Assembly: GCA_965531145.1 (NCBI GenBank)
Contig: CBESOE010000007.1
Span: forward strand, 36 to 64,035
Origin: an uncultured bacterium
GTDB lineage: Bacteria > Acidobacteriota > JAQAZP01
Length of the DNA stretch: 64,000 nt
Direction of reading: 5' to 3'
How positions within the stretch are numbered: the first letter of the stretch is position 1; each line of letters begins with the position of its first letter. Shown in pieces: positions 19,027-27,605 of the stretch. The position numbers were made by a program, and so were the translations under genes. The notes under the pieces were generated by a model. It did not search any database. It saw nothing but the letters and a program-made list of their open reading frames with translations, and was not told the origin of the DNA.

Positions 19027-19902
19027 ATGAGCCAGATCCGTTGCCAGGCAATCGAGCCGCTGGACGGAACGGGGCCCACAGTGCTCACCGTGGACGTGGA
19101 GGAGTGGTTCCACGTCTGCGGCGTGCCGGGTCTCGAGGGCCCTGAGCAGTGGGCTTCGCTTCCGAGCCGGGTGGACGCCGACGTGGACCGGCTGTTGGAA
19201 CTCTTCCAGCGGTCCGGCGCCCGGGCCACCTTTTTCGTTCTGGGCTGGCTGGCTGAAACCCGGCCAGGCCTGGTGTCCCGCATCGCAGAGGCCGGTCACG
19301 AGATCGCCAGCCACGGCCACCTGCACCAGCCGGTGAACCTCCTGGATCCGGAGACGTTCGAGGAGGATCTCGTCCGCTCGCTGGCCGTGCTGCACACCCG
19401 GACCGGGGCGGTGGTATCGGGATACCGGGCGCCCATGTGGTCCATCGGGGTGGGAGCAACGCCCTGGGCCTTCGAGATCATGGCCCGGCACGGCATCACC
19501 AGGGATTCGAGCCTCATCCGCGCCCCGGTTATCGGGGAGCCGGGTCACCCGCGGGAGGCCTGCAAACTTCTCCTGGACACCGGGGGCTGCCTGCGGGAAT
19601 TCCCGCCGCTGGCCGGTCGGCTCTTCGGGGTGGACGGTGTCTTTCTCGGTGGGGCCTGGCCGCTGCGTCTCTTTGGTCCCCGCCGGGCGATACGGGCGGC
19701 CCGGAAACTGACCGCCCGCGGCCTGCCCGCGGTCTTTTTCCTCCACCCCTGGGAACTGGACCCCGACCCACCGCGTTTTCCCATGCCCCGGGCCCAGCGG
19801 TTCGTCCACTATGCCGGTCTGAAACGTGGCCGGAATGTGTGGGAAACCATGCTCCGCGAACTGCCGTTCGTTTCCCTCGGTGAGGCGGCCAGATCTGCTT
19901 GA
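19027..19902 (+). CDS. Polysaccharide deacetylase family protein of the XrtA/PEP-CTERM-associated type (DUF3473-like)
   Basis: VLTVDVEEWFHV N-terminus and an NodB-type His/Asp set (EIASHGHLH). Strong RBS GGAGGGA at 19014-19024 ahead of the ATG at 19027. The family assignment is recalled from the TIGR03006-like family. Confidence 0.65.
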   Translation: MSQIRCQAIEPLDGTGPTVLTVDVEEWFHVCGVPGLEGPEQWASLPSRVDADVDRLLELFQRSGARATFFVLGWLAETRPGLVSRIAEAGHEIASHGHLHQPVNLLDPETFEEDLVRSLAVLHTRTGAVVSGYRAPMWSIGVGATPWAFEIMARHGITRDSSLIRAPVIGEPGHPREACKLLLDTGGCLREFPPLAGRLFGVDGVFLGGAWPLRLFGPRRAIRAARKLTARGLPAVFFLHPWELDPDPPRFPMPRAQRFVHYAGLKRGRNVWETMLRELPFVSLGEAARSA

Positions 19903-19932
19903 CCGTTAAGACCTTGTGCCATAAGGGATTTC

Positions 19933-19961
19933 TTGACACTCCGCCGGGTGGAACCTACAAT
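19933..19961 (+). promoter_or_regulatory. Sigma-70-like promoter for the fab-like operon (-35 TTGACA, 17-nt spacer, -10 TACAAT)
   Basis: TTGACA at 19933-19938 and TACAAT at 19956-19961, lying 80 nt upstream of the fabD-like start. Confidence 0.45.
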
Positions 19962-20040
19962 GCCCGGTGGACCGAAACAGGATATCCGGGGTGTCCGGCG
20001 GGGCTCTCCCGGTGACGATTGGCAGGTCACAGGAGTGGCG

Positions 20041-20946
20041 ATGAGGGCTTTTTTTTTCCCCGGCCAGATGTCCGAACACCCGGAGATGTGGCACAACCTG
20101 AAGGGCCGGGTGCCCGGGGCCGAGATGTGGCTCCAGCGTGCTCAAACGGCCTCCGGTCTGCCGTTGGCCGATTCCCTGGGTCGGGGGAGCGCCAAAAACG
20201 TCGACGACCTCACCGCCCAGGTGGCGGTGCTGGCGGTCAACGCAGCCTATGCCGCCTACCTGCGCCTCCGTGGTGTGGAACCGGCGGCCGTGGCCGGGCA
20301 CAGCCTCGGTTGCTACTCCGCCCTTGAGGCGGCCGGTGTGCTCCGCTTCGAGGATGCGGTGGGCATCGCGGTCAAGGTGCAGCAACTGGCAGAGCACGAG
20401 CTTGCCGGGTTTGATGGGGCCATGGGCGTGCTGATCGGCCACGGGCCGGAGAAGGTTGACCATGCCTGCGCTGCCGCGGGGAACGACGAGGCCATGGTGG
20501 CCAACGTCAACACGGCGAAGCAAGTGGTGATCTCGGGGCACGCGGCGGCGGTTGATGCGGTGCTCGCGGCTCTGGCTGAAAACTCCATGCGGGCGGAACG
20601 GTTGCATACGCGGATCCCGTTTCACAGCCGCTGGATGCAGCCGGTGGTGGACCGGCTGCTGGTCGAGGTGGACCCGGCGCTGTTCAGCCAGCCGCGGCTG
20701 ACGGTCTATTCGCATCTTGACGGCAGCCGTGTGGACACAGCTGCCGCGGCGCACCGGCTGATCTGCACCCAGATTGCCCGGCCGCTCTACTGGCCCCGGG
20801 CGCTGGAAGCCATGCGGGACGGTGGCTGCCGCCGTTTTGTCGAGGTGGGGCCCGGCGAGGTGCTGAGCCGCATGACCCGCTGGGTACTGCGTGACGTCGA
20901 GGTACAGACGGCGGAGAAGAACTTTGAGGATTTGCTCGGGGGCTGA
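20041..20946 (+). CDS. fabD: Malonyl-CoA:ACP transacylase
   Basis: FFFPGQMSEHPEM N-terminus. Active-site GHSLGCYSALEAAG. RBS AGGAG upstream of the ATG at 20041. The ORF track starts earlier at 19933, which is probably spurious. Confidence 0.85.
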   Translation: MRAFFFPGQMSEHPEMWHNLKGRVPGAEMWLQRAQTASGLPLADSLGRGSAKNVDDLTAQVAVLAVNAAYAAYLRLRGVEPAAVAGHSLGCYSALEAAGVLRFEDAVGIAVKVQQLAEHELAGFDGAMGVLIGHGPEKVDHACAAAGNDEAMVANVNTAKQVVISGHAAAVDAVLAALAENSMRAERLHTRIPFHSRWMQPVVDRLLVEVDPALFSQPRLTVYSHLDGSRVDTAAAAHRLICTQIARPLYWPRALEAMRDGGCRRFVEVGPGEVLSRMTRWVLRDVEVQTAEKNFEDLLGG

Positions 20947-21011
20947 ACAGCTCCCGATAACGATGTATCGTGCGCGGCCGGCGGGCCGGCCCGAGAGGAG
21001 TGGATCACACG

Positions 21012-21284
21012 ATGAGCGAGGATGACAAGTCGCTTTCCCTGAAAATGAAGAACCTGATCGTCAACCGGCTGAAGCTGGAGATCGAACCCGAAGAGATCGA
21101 GAATGACCAGACCCTGTTCGGTGAAGGGCTGGGCCTCGATTCCATCGATGCCCTCGAACTGGTGCTTGGCCTGGAACAGGAGTTCGGGGTCAAGATCGAG
21201 GACGAGGAGGTGGGGGTCAAGGCCTTTGCCTCCATCGATGCCCTGGTCGCCTTTGTCAAGGAGAAGGGTGTTCAATCCGCATGA
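21012..21284 (+). CDS. acpP: Acyl carrier protein
   Basis: About 90 aa and acidic. Phosphopantetheine attachment motif GLDSIDALEL. RBS GAGGAG upstream. Confidence 0.85.
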   Translation: MSEDDKSLSLKMKNLIVNRLKLEIEPEEIENDQTLFGEGLGLDSIDALELVLGLEQEFGVKIEDEEVGVKAFASIDALVAFVKEKGVQSA

Positions 21285-21763
21285 GCACAACCACCGGCGA
21301 CCTGGAGATACTGGACGCTCTGCCCCACCGCAGCCCGTTCCTGATGGTCGACCGGATCGTGGAACGCCGCGGAGGACACTCCTGCCTGGCACTGAAAAGG
21401 GTTTCTTTCGGTGATCCCTTCCTCCGCATCGGTTCCGGGGTGGTGCCGCCGGAACTGAATCCCTTTTTTCTGGTGGAGGCCATGTCGCAGACCGCGGCCC
21501 TGGCCGCCGTGGACCCGGACAACGGTTCGGCCCTGCCTGCCGGTGCGGGGCCCGGGCCTCCGCTGGTGGGCTTCCTCGCAGCCATACGGAATTTTCGGAC
21601 CCTGCGGCCGGCGGTACCCGGCGATACACTGGAGATCCGGGCCGAGGTGGTGGGCCGCTTCGGCGGGCTGGTCAAGGTGGTGGGTACGGTGGAGGTGGAC
21701 GGTGAGCTGATCGGTGAAGCCGAGCTGACACTCAGCGTTCCCCGAGAGGTGGAGAACGGGTGA
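21281..21763 (+). CDS. Hotdog-fold 3-hydroxyacyl-ACP dehydratase (FabZ/FabA-like)
   Basis: LPHRSPFLMVDRIVE matches the FabZ N-terminal motif (LPHRYPFLLVD). 160 aa. Its start overlaps the ACP stop (ATGA). Confidence 0.7.
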   Translation: MSTTTGDLEILDALPHRSPFLMVDRIVERRGGHSCLALKRVSFGDPFLRIGSGVVPPELNPFFLVEAMSQTAALAAVDPDNGSALPAGAGPGPPLVGFLAAIRNFRTLRPAVPGDTLEIRAEVVGRFGGLVKVVGTVEVDGELIGEAELTLSVPREVENG

Positions 21764-23022
21764 CCAACGAGGTGACCAACGAGAAGACGGCAGTTGCTTC
21801 CCGCCGGGTGGTGATCACCGGGTTGGGGGCGGTTTCCGCGCTGGGCCCCGATGTGCCGTCCCTGCTTGCCGGGGTTGTGGAGGGCCGCTGCGGTATCCGG
21901 CCGGTGACCCTCTTCGACACCTCACCATTTCGCACACACACCGGTGGGGAACTGCTTGGATTTGATGCCGGGGCCCACTTCAGCCGGCGCGAACAGCGGC
22001 GGCTCTCCCGGGCCGACATGGCCGGGCTGGTGGCGGCCGCGGAAGCCCTGGGCGGCGCCCGGGCCGGCTCCGGGCCGATCTGCGATCCGGACCGGGTGGG
22101 CGTTATTCTCGGCGGCGGCGTTGGGGGGCTTTTCGACAGCGAGGCCTATTACCGCACAGTGCTGGGCCGGGGTTGGAAATCGGTGCCCGCCACCCGGGCC
22201 CTGGGACATTTCCCCTGCGCCACGGCCGACCGCATCGCCGAGCGCTGGGGCTTCGGCGGTCTGCGCACCACCGTGGTCACCGCCTGCTCGTCCAGCACGC
22301 TGGCCATCGGCCAGGCATTCGACGCCATCCGCACCGGGGCGGTGGAGATGGCGGTCACCGGCGGCAGCGATACCCTGAGCCGCCTGACCTACAGCGGGTT
22401 CAATTCCCTCCGCTCGGTGGACCCCGATGTCTGCCGGCCCTTCGACGCCGGCCGCAAGGGACTCTCCCTGGGCGAGGGGGCGGCCATCCTGGTCCTCGAG
22501 CCGCTGGACGTGGCCCTGGATCGCGGTGCCCCGATCCACGGGGAGGTGCTGGGCTGTGGCATGTCCTCGGACGCCCACCACATGACCGCACCGCACCCGC
22601 AGGGGGAGGGGGCAGCCCTGGCCATGGAGCGGGCCATCAGCCAGGCCGGGCTGGTTCCCGGGCAGGTGGACTACATCAATGCCCACGGCACCGGGACCCC
22701 GCACAACGACCTCGCCGAAACCAGGGCGATCCACCGCACCTTCGGCGAGAATGGGAAATCGATCCCGGTGAGCTCCACCAAGTCGATGCTGGGCCACTGT
22801 CTCGGTTCCGCCGGCGCCATGGAGGCCCTGGTCACCATCCTCGCCCTGCGGGACCGGTTCATTCCGCCCACGGCCAACCTGGAGCAGCCCGACCCGGAGT
22901 GCGACCTGGCCCATGTGCCACTGGTCAGCCGGCCGGGGACTCCCGAGGTGGGGATATCCAACTCCTTTGCTTTTGGCGGCAACAACGGCTGTCTGGTCCT
23001 GAGGAGATACCATGAGCTCTGA
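21760..23022 (+). CDS. fabF: Beta-ketoacyl-ACP synthase (KAS I/II type, catalytically complete)
   Basis: Active-site Cys in VVTACSSSTLAIG. His-His in NAHGTGTPHND and KSMLGHCLGSAG. GTG start overlapping the upstream stop (GTGA). Confidence 0.85.
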   Translation: MTNEVTNEKTAVASRRVVITGLGAVSALGPDVPSLLAGVVEGRCGIRPVTLFDTSPFRTHTGGELLGFDAGAHFSRREQRRLSRADMAGLVAAAEALGGARAGSGPICDPDRVGVILGGGVGGLFDSEAYYRTVLGRGWKSVPATRALGHFPCATADRIAERWGFGGLRTTVVTACSSSTLAIGQAFDAIRTGAVEMAVTGGSDTLSRLTYSGFNSLRSVDPDVCRPFDAGRKGLSLGEGAAILVLEPLDVALDRGAPIHGEVLGCGMSSDAHHMTAPHPQGEGAALAMERAISQAGLVPGQVDYINAHGTGTPHNDLAETRAIHRTFGENGKSIPVSSTKSMLGHCLGSAGAMEALVTILALRDRFIPPTANLEQPDPECDLAHVPLVSRPGTPEVGISNSFAFGGNNGCLVLRRYHEL

Positions 23023-24265
23023 GACCCGGCCGGCCGAAACTGGAGTGGTGGTTACCGGCATGTCCGCCGTGTCGCCCATGGGAACCGGCAGTGAGCCGCT
23101 GCTCCGGGGGCTCTGGTCGGGGGAAAACGCCTGGCGTCCGGTCCCGGAGGGGCCCCTGGCGGGGCAGCGGGCCCGGCTGGCGGCCCTGGTCCAGGACTTC
23201 GAACCACGGGCGCACATCCCGGTGATGAAACTGCGCCGGATGGACAACTGCACCCGGTTCTCGGTGGTGGCCGCCCAGCTGGCTTTCGAGCACGCCGGCC
23301 TGGCGGAGGAGGACCTCTCCTCCTGCGGGGTCGTCTTCGGCACCGGCACCGCCGGCTCCACCTCGGTGGCCGAGTATCTTCAGGGACTGCTGGTGGACTC
23401 GGCGGAGGGGCAGTTCCCCATGCTCTTTCCCAACACCGTGCCCAATGCACCGGCCGGCCAGGTGGCCATCCGTTTCGGCATCCGCGGGCCCAACGCCACG
23501 GTGAGTCAGCGGGAGAGTTCCGGCCTGCACGCCCTGGCCCGGGCCGCGGAGTTCATCCGTCTCGGCCGATGCCACTGCGTGCTGGTGGCCGGGGTGGACG
23601 AGTATTCCACCGAGTTGCTGGCCTTCTACGACCGGATGGGCTTTCTCTCCCCGGGCCGCTCCGGAGGTGAGGAGTCCTGCCGGCCCTTTTCCGCACGCCG
23701 CAACGGCTGGATGGTGGGGGAGGGGGCCTATGCCCTGGTGCTGGAATCGGCCGATCACGCCCACCGGCGTGGTGCGCCGCTGCTGGGCCGCCTCCTCGGC
23801 ACCGGTTGGAGCGGCAGCACCTGCTCCACCTACCGCTGGCCCGAGGAGCACGACGCCTATGTCCGCTGCATGGGGGGGGCGCTCCGCAGCAGCGGCCTGG
23901 ACGCCGGTGCGCTGGGGGCGGTGATGGCGTCGGCCAACGGCAACCAGGTGCTGGACCGGATGGAGGCCCTGGCCCTGGGCGAACTGTTCGCTGACGGCGG
24001 CGGTATGCCGCCGGTCACCGCGGTGAAATCAATACTTGGCGAGTCGGGAGCCTGCGGTGTGGCCCAGGCCCTGGCGGCGCTGGGTGTGCTGGAGCGGGGC
24101 ACGGTGCCCCCCACCACCGGCGGCGAGGCCGGTGACGCCGGCGGCCCGCAGGTGAACCTGGTGACCGGTGAGGCGCTGCACCCGCCACGGGCTCCCGAAG
24201 CGGTGCTGGTGAACAGTTTCGCGTCCGGCGGCAGCAATGTCAGTATGGTGATCGCCCGCGGGTGA
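23012..24265 (+). CDS. Ketosynthase-like protein lacking the catalytic triad (chain-length-factor / KS-beta-like)
   Basis: Thiolase fold of KAS length. Where the catalytic Cys should be, the sequence reads TVSQRESSG (Gln/Glu instead of Cys). The two His motifs are also absent (ANGNQ; ILGESGACG). Overlaps the KS stop by 11 nt. Confidence 0.7.
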   Translation: MSSETRPAETGVVVTGMSAVSPMGTGSEPLLRGLWSGENAWRPVPEGPLAGQRARLAALVQDFEPRAHIPVMKLRRMDNCTRFSVVAAQLAFEHAGLAEEDLSSCGVVFGTGTAGSTSVAEYLQGLLVDSAEGQFPMLFPNTVPNAPAGQVAIRFGIRGPNATVSQRESSGLHALARAAEFIRLGRCHCVLVAGVDEYSTELLAFYDRMGFLSPGRSGGEESCRPFSARRNGWMVGEGAYALVLESADHAHRRGAPLLGRLLGTGWSGSTCSTYRWPEEHDAYVRCMGGALRSSGLDAGALGAVMASANGNQVLDRMEALALGELFADGGGMPPVTAVKSILGESGACGVAQALAALGVLERGTVPPTTGGEAGDAGGPQVNLVTGEALHPPRAPEAVLVNSFASGGSNVSMVIARG

Positions 24266-24296
24266 ATGGCCGCACCGGCGGCGGCGGAGGAGAGCG

Positions 24297-24779
24297 GTGG
24301 GAACCGAGAACAGCCCCCTGGGACGGCGCAACGCGGATGGCTGGTGGGAACTGAGGCTCCGTGTCCGCTTCTCCGAGGTCGATTCTTACGGGGTGGTCTG
24401 GCACGGTCGCTACCTCGCCTGGTTCGAGGAGGCGCGCAACGACCTGGCCCGCGGCTACGGGTTTACCCCGTCGGTGCTGGCCCGGAGCGGATACCAGCTG
24501 CCGGTGCGGGATGTTTCCCTGACCTTCAAATCACCGGCCGGCCTCGACGACGAGGTGCTGGTGGGCATTCTCTTCCATCCCACGGAAACCGCACTGATCG
24601 AGTTTGAATACCGGGTGGTGGATGCGGAATCCGGGCGGCTGATGGTCACCGGTAAGACCCGGCAGGTGGTCACGCGGGTTGATCACGAATTGTTGCTGAC
24701 CTACCCCCGGCCGATCCGGGAGGCCCTGGACCGTCTCAGGCAGGACCAGTCCGCATCGGGGGGCAACCATGAGCGGTGA
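24297..24779 (+). CDS. 4HBT/YbgC-type hotdog acyl-CoA/acyl-ACP thioesterase
   Basis: RFSEVDSYGVVWHGRYLAWFEEAR is the YbgC/4HBT catalytic-region signature. 160 aa. Confidence 0.65.
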   Translation: MGTENSPLGRRNADGWWELRLRVRFSEVDSYGVVWHGRYLAWFEEARNDLARGYGFTPSVLARSGYQLPVRDVSLTFKSPAGLDDEVLVGILFHPTETALIEFEYRVVDAESGRLMVTGKTRQVVTRVDHELLLTYPRPIREALDRLRQDQSASGGNHER

Positions 24780-25728
24780 ACGGAACGGCGATGCAGACCG
24801 TGCCCGCGTCCGCCCGGTCTGTCCCTCCTGCCGCAATTCCCTGGCGGCGGAGAGTGACGGGCCTTCCACCTGTTCGTCCTGCGGCGCCGTCTATTCCCGC
24901 ATCCCCTCCGGCCATCTGCGGCTTCTGCCCGGGGATGCCGGTGGCTTTCGGGACTGGTGGCTCGACGATGAGCAGAAACGGGCCCGGTTCATGGGCCAGT
25001 ATGTTGAACGCGAGGAAGCGGGGGAGCGGCGGCTGGCCCGGGAGTTCCTGCTCCCCCTGACCCGGCAGCTGGCCGGCCAGGGGCCGCTGCGGCGGGTGCT
25101 CTCCGTGGGCTGCGGTTCCGGTGAGGATCTGGAACTGCTGCGTGGAGCCGGCCTGGACACCTGCGGTGTGGACAGCGGCGGGCGCACCCTGCGCTGGGGG
25201 GACAAGGAACGTTCTCCGGACCGTTACTTCATGGCCGACGCGCTGCAGCTGCCGTTCACCGACGGCGAATTTGACCTGGCCTATTCCCTCGGGGTCATCG
25301 AGCACGTGGGCACGGTGGGGGACAGCCTGGAACTGGCCGCGGATGCCGGTGAACTGCGCCGGCGGTTTGCCGCTTCGGTGGCCCGGGTGGTTCGGCCCGG
25401 GGGCTGGATCTTCATCAGTTGCCCCAATCGCACCTTTCCCTTTGACTTCGCCCACGGCGCCGGACGTTTCGGGTTCCGCTTTCACGGTCCCGGAGACTTC
25501 CTCCTTTCCTACGGTGACGTGAAGCGGCTGTTCATCGACCATGCGGGCTGCCAGTCGATCCGGCCGCTCTCCATGAAGGGCTATCTCGACCTGGCCCAGG
25601 CCGCTGCCGGCGGGGGGATGCTGATGCGGATGGCCGCGCCGCTCTTCGGCCTTTACTTGCATGCATTGCCGCGGCCTCTTTATACTTCTCCGCTATACCC
25701 GGCTGTATTGGCCCTTATCAAACGCTGA
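24769..25728 (+). CDS. Class I SAM-dependent methyltransferase with N-terminal Cys4 zinc-ribbon
   Basis: CPSCRN...CSSCG ribbon. Motif I VLSVGCGSGEDL. Methyltransf_11-like post-I region (ADALQLPFTDGEFDLAYS). Confidence 0.7.
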   Translation: MSGERNGDADRARVRPVCPSCRNSLAAESDGPSTCSSCGAVYSRIPSGHLRLLPGDAGGFRDWWLDDEQKRARFMGQYVEREEAGERRLAREFLLPLTRQLAGQGPLRRVLSVGCGSGEDLELLRGAGLDTCGVDSGGRTLRWGDKERSPDRYFMADALQLPFTDGEFDLAYSLGVIEHVGTVGDSLELAADAGELRRRFAASVARVVRPGGWIFISCPNRTFPFDFAHGAGRFGFRFHGPGDFLLSYGDVKRLFIDHAGCQSIRPLSMKGYLDLAQAAAGGGMLMRMAAPLFGLYLHALPRPLYTSPLYPAVLALIKR

Positions 25729-25742
25729 ACAGCGGAGCGACG

Positions 25743-26798
25743 ATGATCAAGCGAAACATCTGTGTGGTCACCTCCCACGTGCCGATGGTGTTCGGCGGGC
25801 ACCTGATCATCGCCCGTTCACTGGTCAGCGCCCTCAAGGACATGGGCTACAACTCGGATGTGATCTACACCCCCCAGAACCGTTTCGGGCGCCAGCTCTC
25901 GGCCTACCTGGCCAACCGGCTCACCGATGTGGGCCGTACCGGCGGCGACGAGGTGGTGGACCAGATCATCTCCCTGCGCTACCCCAGCTATGCGGTCAAG
26001 CACCCGCTCCACGTCTGCTGGCTGAACCACCGCATGCGCGAATACTACGATCTCTGGGAAGATTTCCTCGGGGTGATCCCCACCGGCAAGGGCAAACTCA
26101 AGGAGCGCTTCCGCCGCCGGCTGATCCAGCGGCTGGACAACCACCTGCTGAAGCGCAACGTGAAGAACCTCTACGTGATTTCGGGGACGATCAGGAAACG
26201 GCTGGAAACCTGGGGCGGGATCCCGGCCCAGGTGCTGCTGCCGCCGCCGCCCCTGGGCCGGGACTACCACACCGACAGTTACGAGAACTTCATCTTCACC
26301 GTGTCCCGCCTGCACAAGCTGAAGCGGATCAACCTGCTGCTGGACGCCTTCATGCTGGTGCGCGACACCGACGTCAAGTGCCTGATCGCCGGCGAGGGCG
26401 ACGAATACGACCGGCTGGCCAAGCGGATCAAGGACAACGATCTGGAGGGGCGGGCCATTCTCCTCGGCCGGGTGAGCGACCAGGAACTGGCCGACTACTA
26501 CGCCCGCTGCCGGGCGGTTTTCTTCGGGCCGCGGAACGAGGACTTCGGCTTCGTCACCATCGAGGCCTTCCGCAGCCGCAAGTGCGTCATCACCTGCCAT
26601 GACAGTGGCGGCCCGCTGGACCTGGTGGAAGACGGTGTTTCGGGTTTTATCACCCGGCCCGATCCCACCAGGATCGCCGAGCGGATCGACCAGCTGGTGG
26701 CCGATCCGGGCCTGGCCGAACGGATGGGCCAGGCGGGGTACGAGGCGAGTCTGCCGGTCACCTGGGAGAACGTGGTGCGGACACTGGTGAAGATATGA
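25743..26798 (+). CDS. Glycosyltransferase family 1 (GT4, GT-B fold)
   Basis: The C-terminal half carries the GT1 EX7E-type region (GFVTIEAFRSRKCVITCHDSGGPLDLVEDGVSGF). Confidence 0.75.
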   Translation: MIKRNICVVTSHVPMVFGGHLIIARSLVSALKDMGYNSDVIYTPQNRFGRQLSAYLANRLTDVGRTGGDEVVDQIISLRYPSYAVKHPLHVCWLNHRMREYYDLWEDFLGVIPTGKGKLKERFRRRLIQRLDNHLLKRNVKNLYVISGTIRKRLETWGGIPAQVLLPPPPLGRDYHTDSYENFIFTVSRLHKLKRINLLLDAFMLVRDTDVKCLIAGEGDEYDRLAKRIKDNDLEGRAILLGRVSDQELADYYARCRAVFFGPRNEDFGFVTIEAFRSRKCVITCHDSGGPLDLVEDGVSGFITRPDPTRIAERIDQLVADPGLAERMGQAGYEASLPVTWENVVRTLVKI

Positions 26799-27577
26799 TG
26801 ATCTCCGCGGGGCAACCGGCCCATCTCACGGTGGTGATCCCGGCCTACAACGAGGAGAAGCGGATCGGACCGACCCTGGAACGGATCTGCGGCTACCTGG
26901 AGAAGCGTTCCTATCCCTGGGAGATCGTGGTGGTCAATGACGGCAGCAGGGACGGGACGGTCCAGATCGCCAGGGAACTGCTGGCCGGCTGTGAACACCA
27001 CACGGTGATCGACCGCAAGTTCAACCGGGGCAAGGGCTACTCGGTGCGGCAGGGAATGCTGGCCGGCCGCGGGCGCTTCCTCCTCTTTTCCGACGCCGAT
27101 CTCTCCACGCCCATCGAGGACGTGGAGCGACTGCTGCCCCCCCTGGAGTCCAGGGAGGTGCAGGTGAGCATCGGTTCCCGGGCACTGCGTGACTCCCGGG
27201 TGGAGGTACACCAGCCCTGGTGGCGTGAGACCATGGGCAAGAGCTTCAACCTCTTCGTGCGGCTGATCGCCCTCGGCGGCCTCCACGACACCCAGTGCGG
27301 GTTCAAGTGCTTTACCCGCGAGGCGGCAAAGGCCATCTTCAGCGTGGCCCGCATCGACGGCTTCGGTTTTGACGTGGAAGCCCTGTACCTGGCCCGCAAG
27401 TTCGGCTACGGGGTCAAGGAGATCGGTGTGCGCTGGGTCAACTCGCCCGATTCGAAGGTCCACCCGCTCTCCGATTCGTCGCGGATGCTGGCCGATCTGC
27501 TGCGCATCCGTTTCACCGACCTCCGGGGAGGATACCGGTCCGGAAACGGCCTGGATCGCCGGGGGCGGCAAGGTTGA
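26795..27577 (+). CDS. Glycosyltransferase family 2 (polyprenyl-phosphate beta-glucosyltransferase-like)
   Basis: VVIPAYNEEKRI...VVVNDGSRDGT...FSDADLSTP are the GT-A signatures. Overlaps the GT1 stop (ATGA). Confidence 0.8.
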   Translation: MMISAGQPAHLTVVIPAYNEEKRIGPTLERICGYLEKRSYPWEIVVVNDGSRDGTVQIARELLAGCEHHTVIDRKFNRGKGYSVRQGMLAGRGRFLLFSDADLSTPIEDVERLLPPLESREVQVSIGSRALRDSRVEVHQPWWRETMGKSFNLFVRLIALGGLHDTQCGFKCFTREAAKAIFSVARIDGFGFDVEALYLARKFGYGVKEIGVRWVNSPDSKVHPLSDSSRMLADLLRIRFTDLRGGYRSGNGLDRRGRQG

Positions 27578-27605
27578 TGATTTCCGGGAAAGGGAGGATG
27601 GCACC

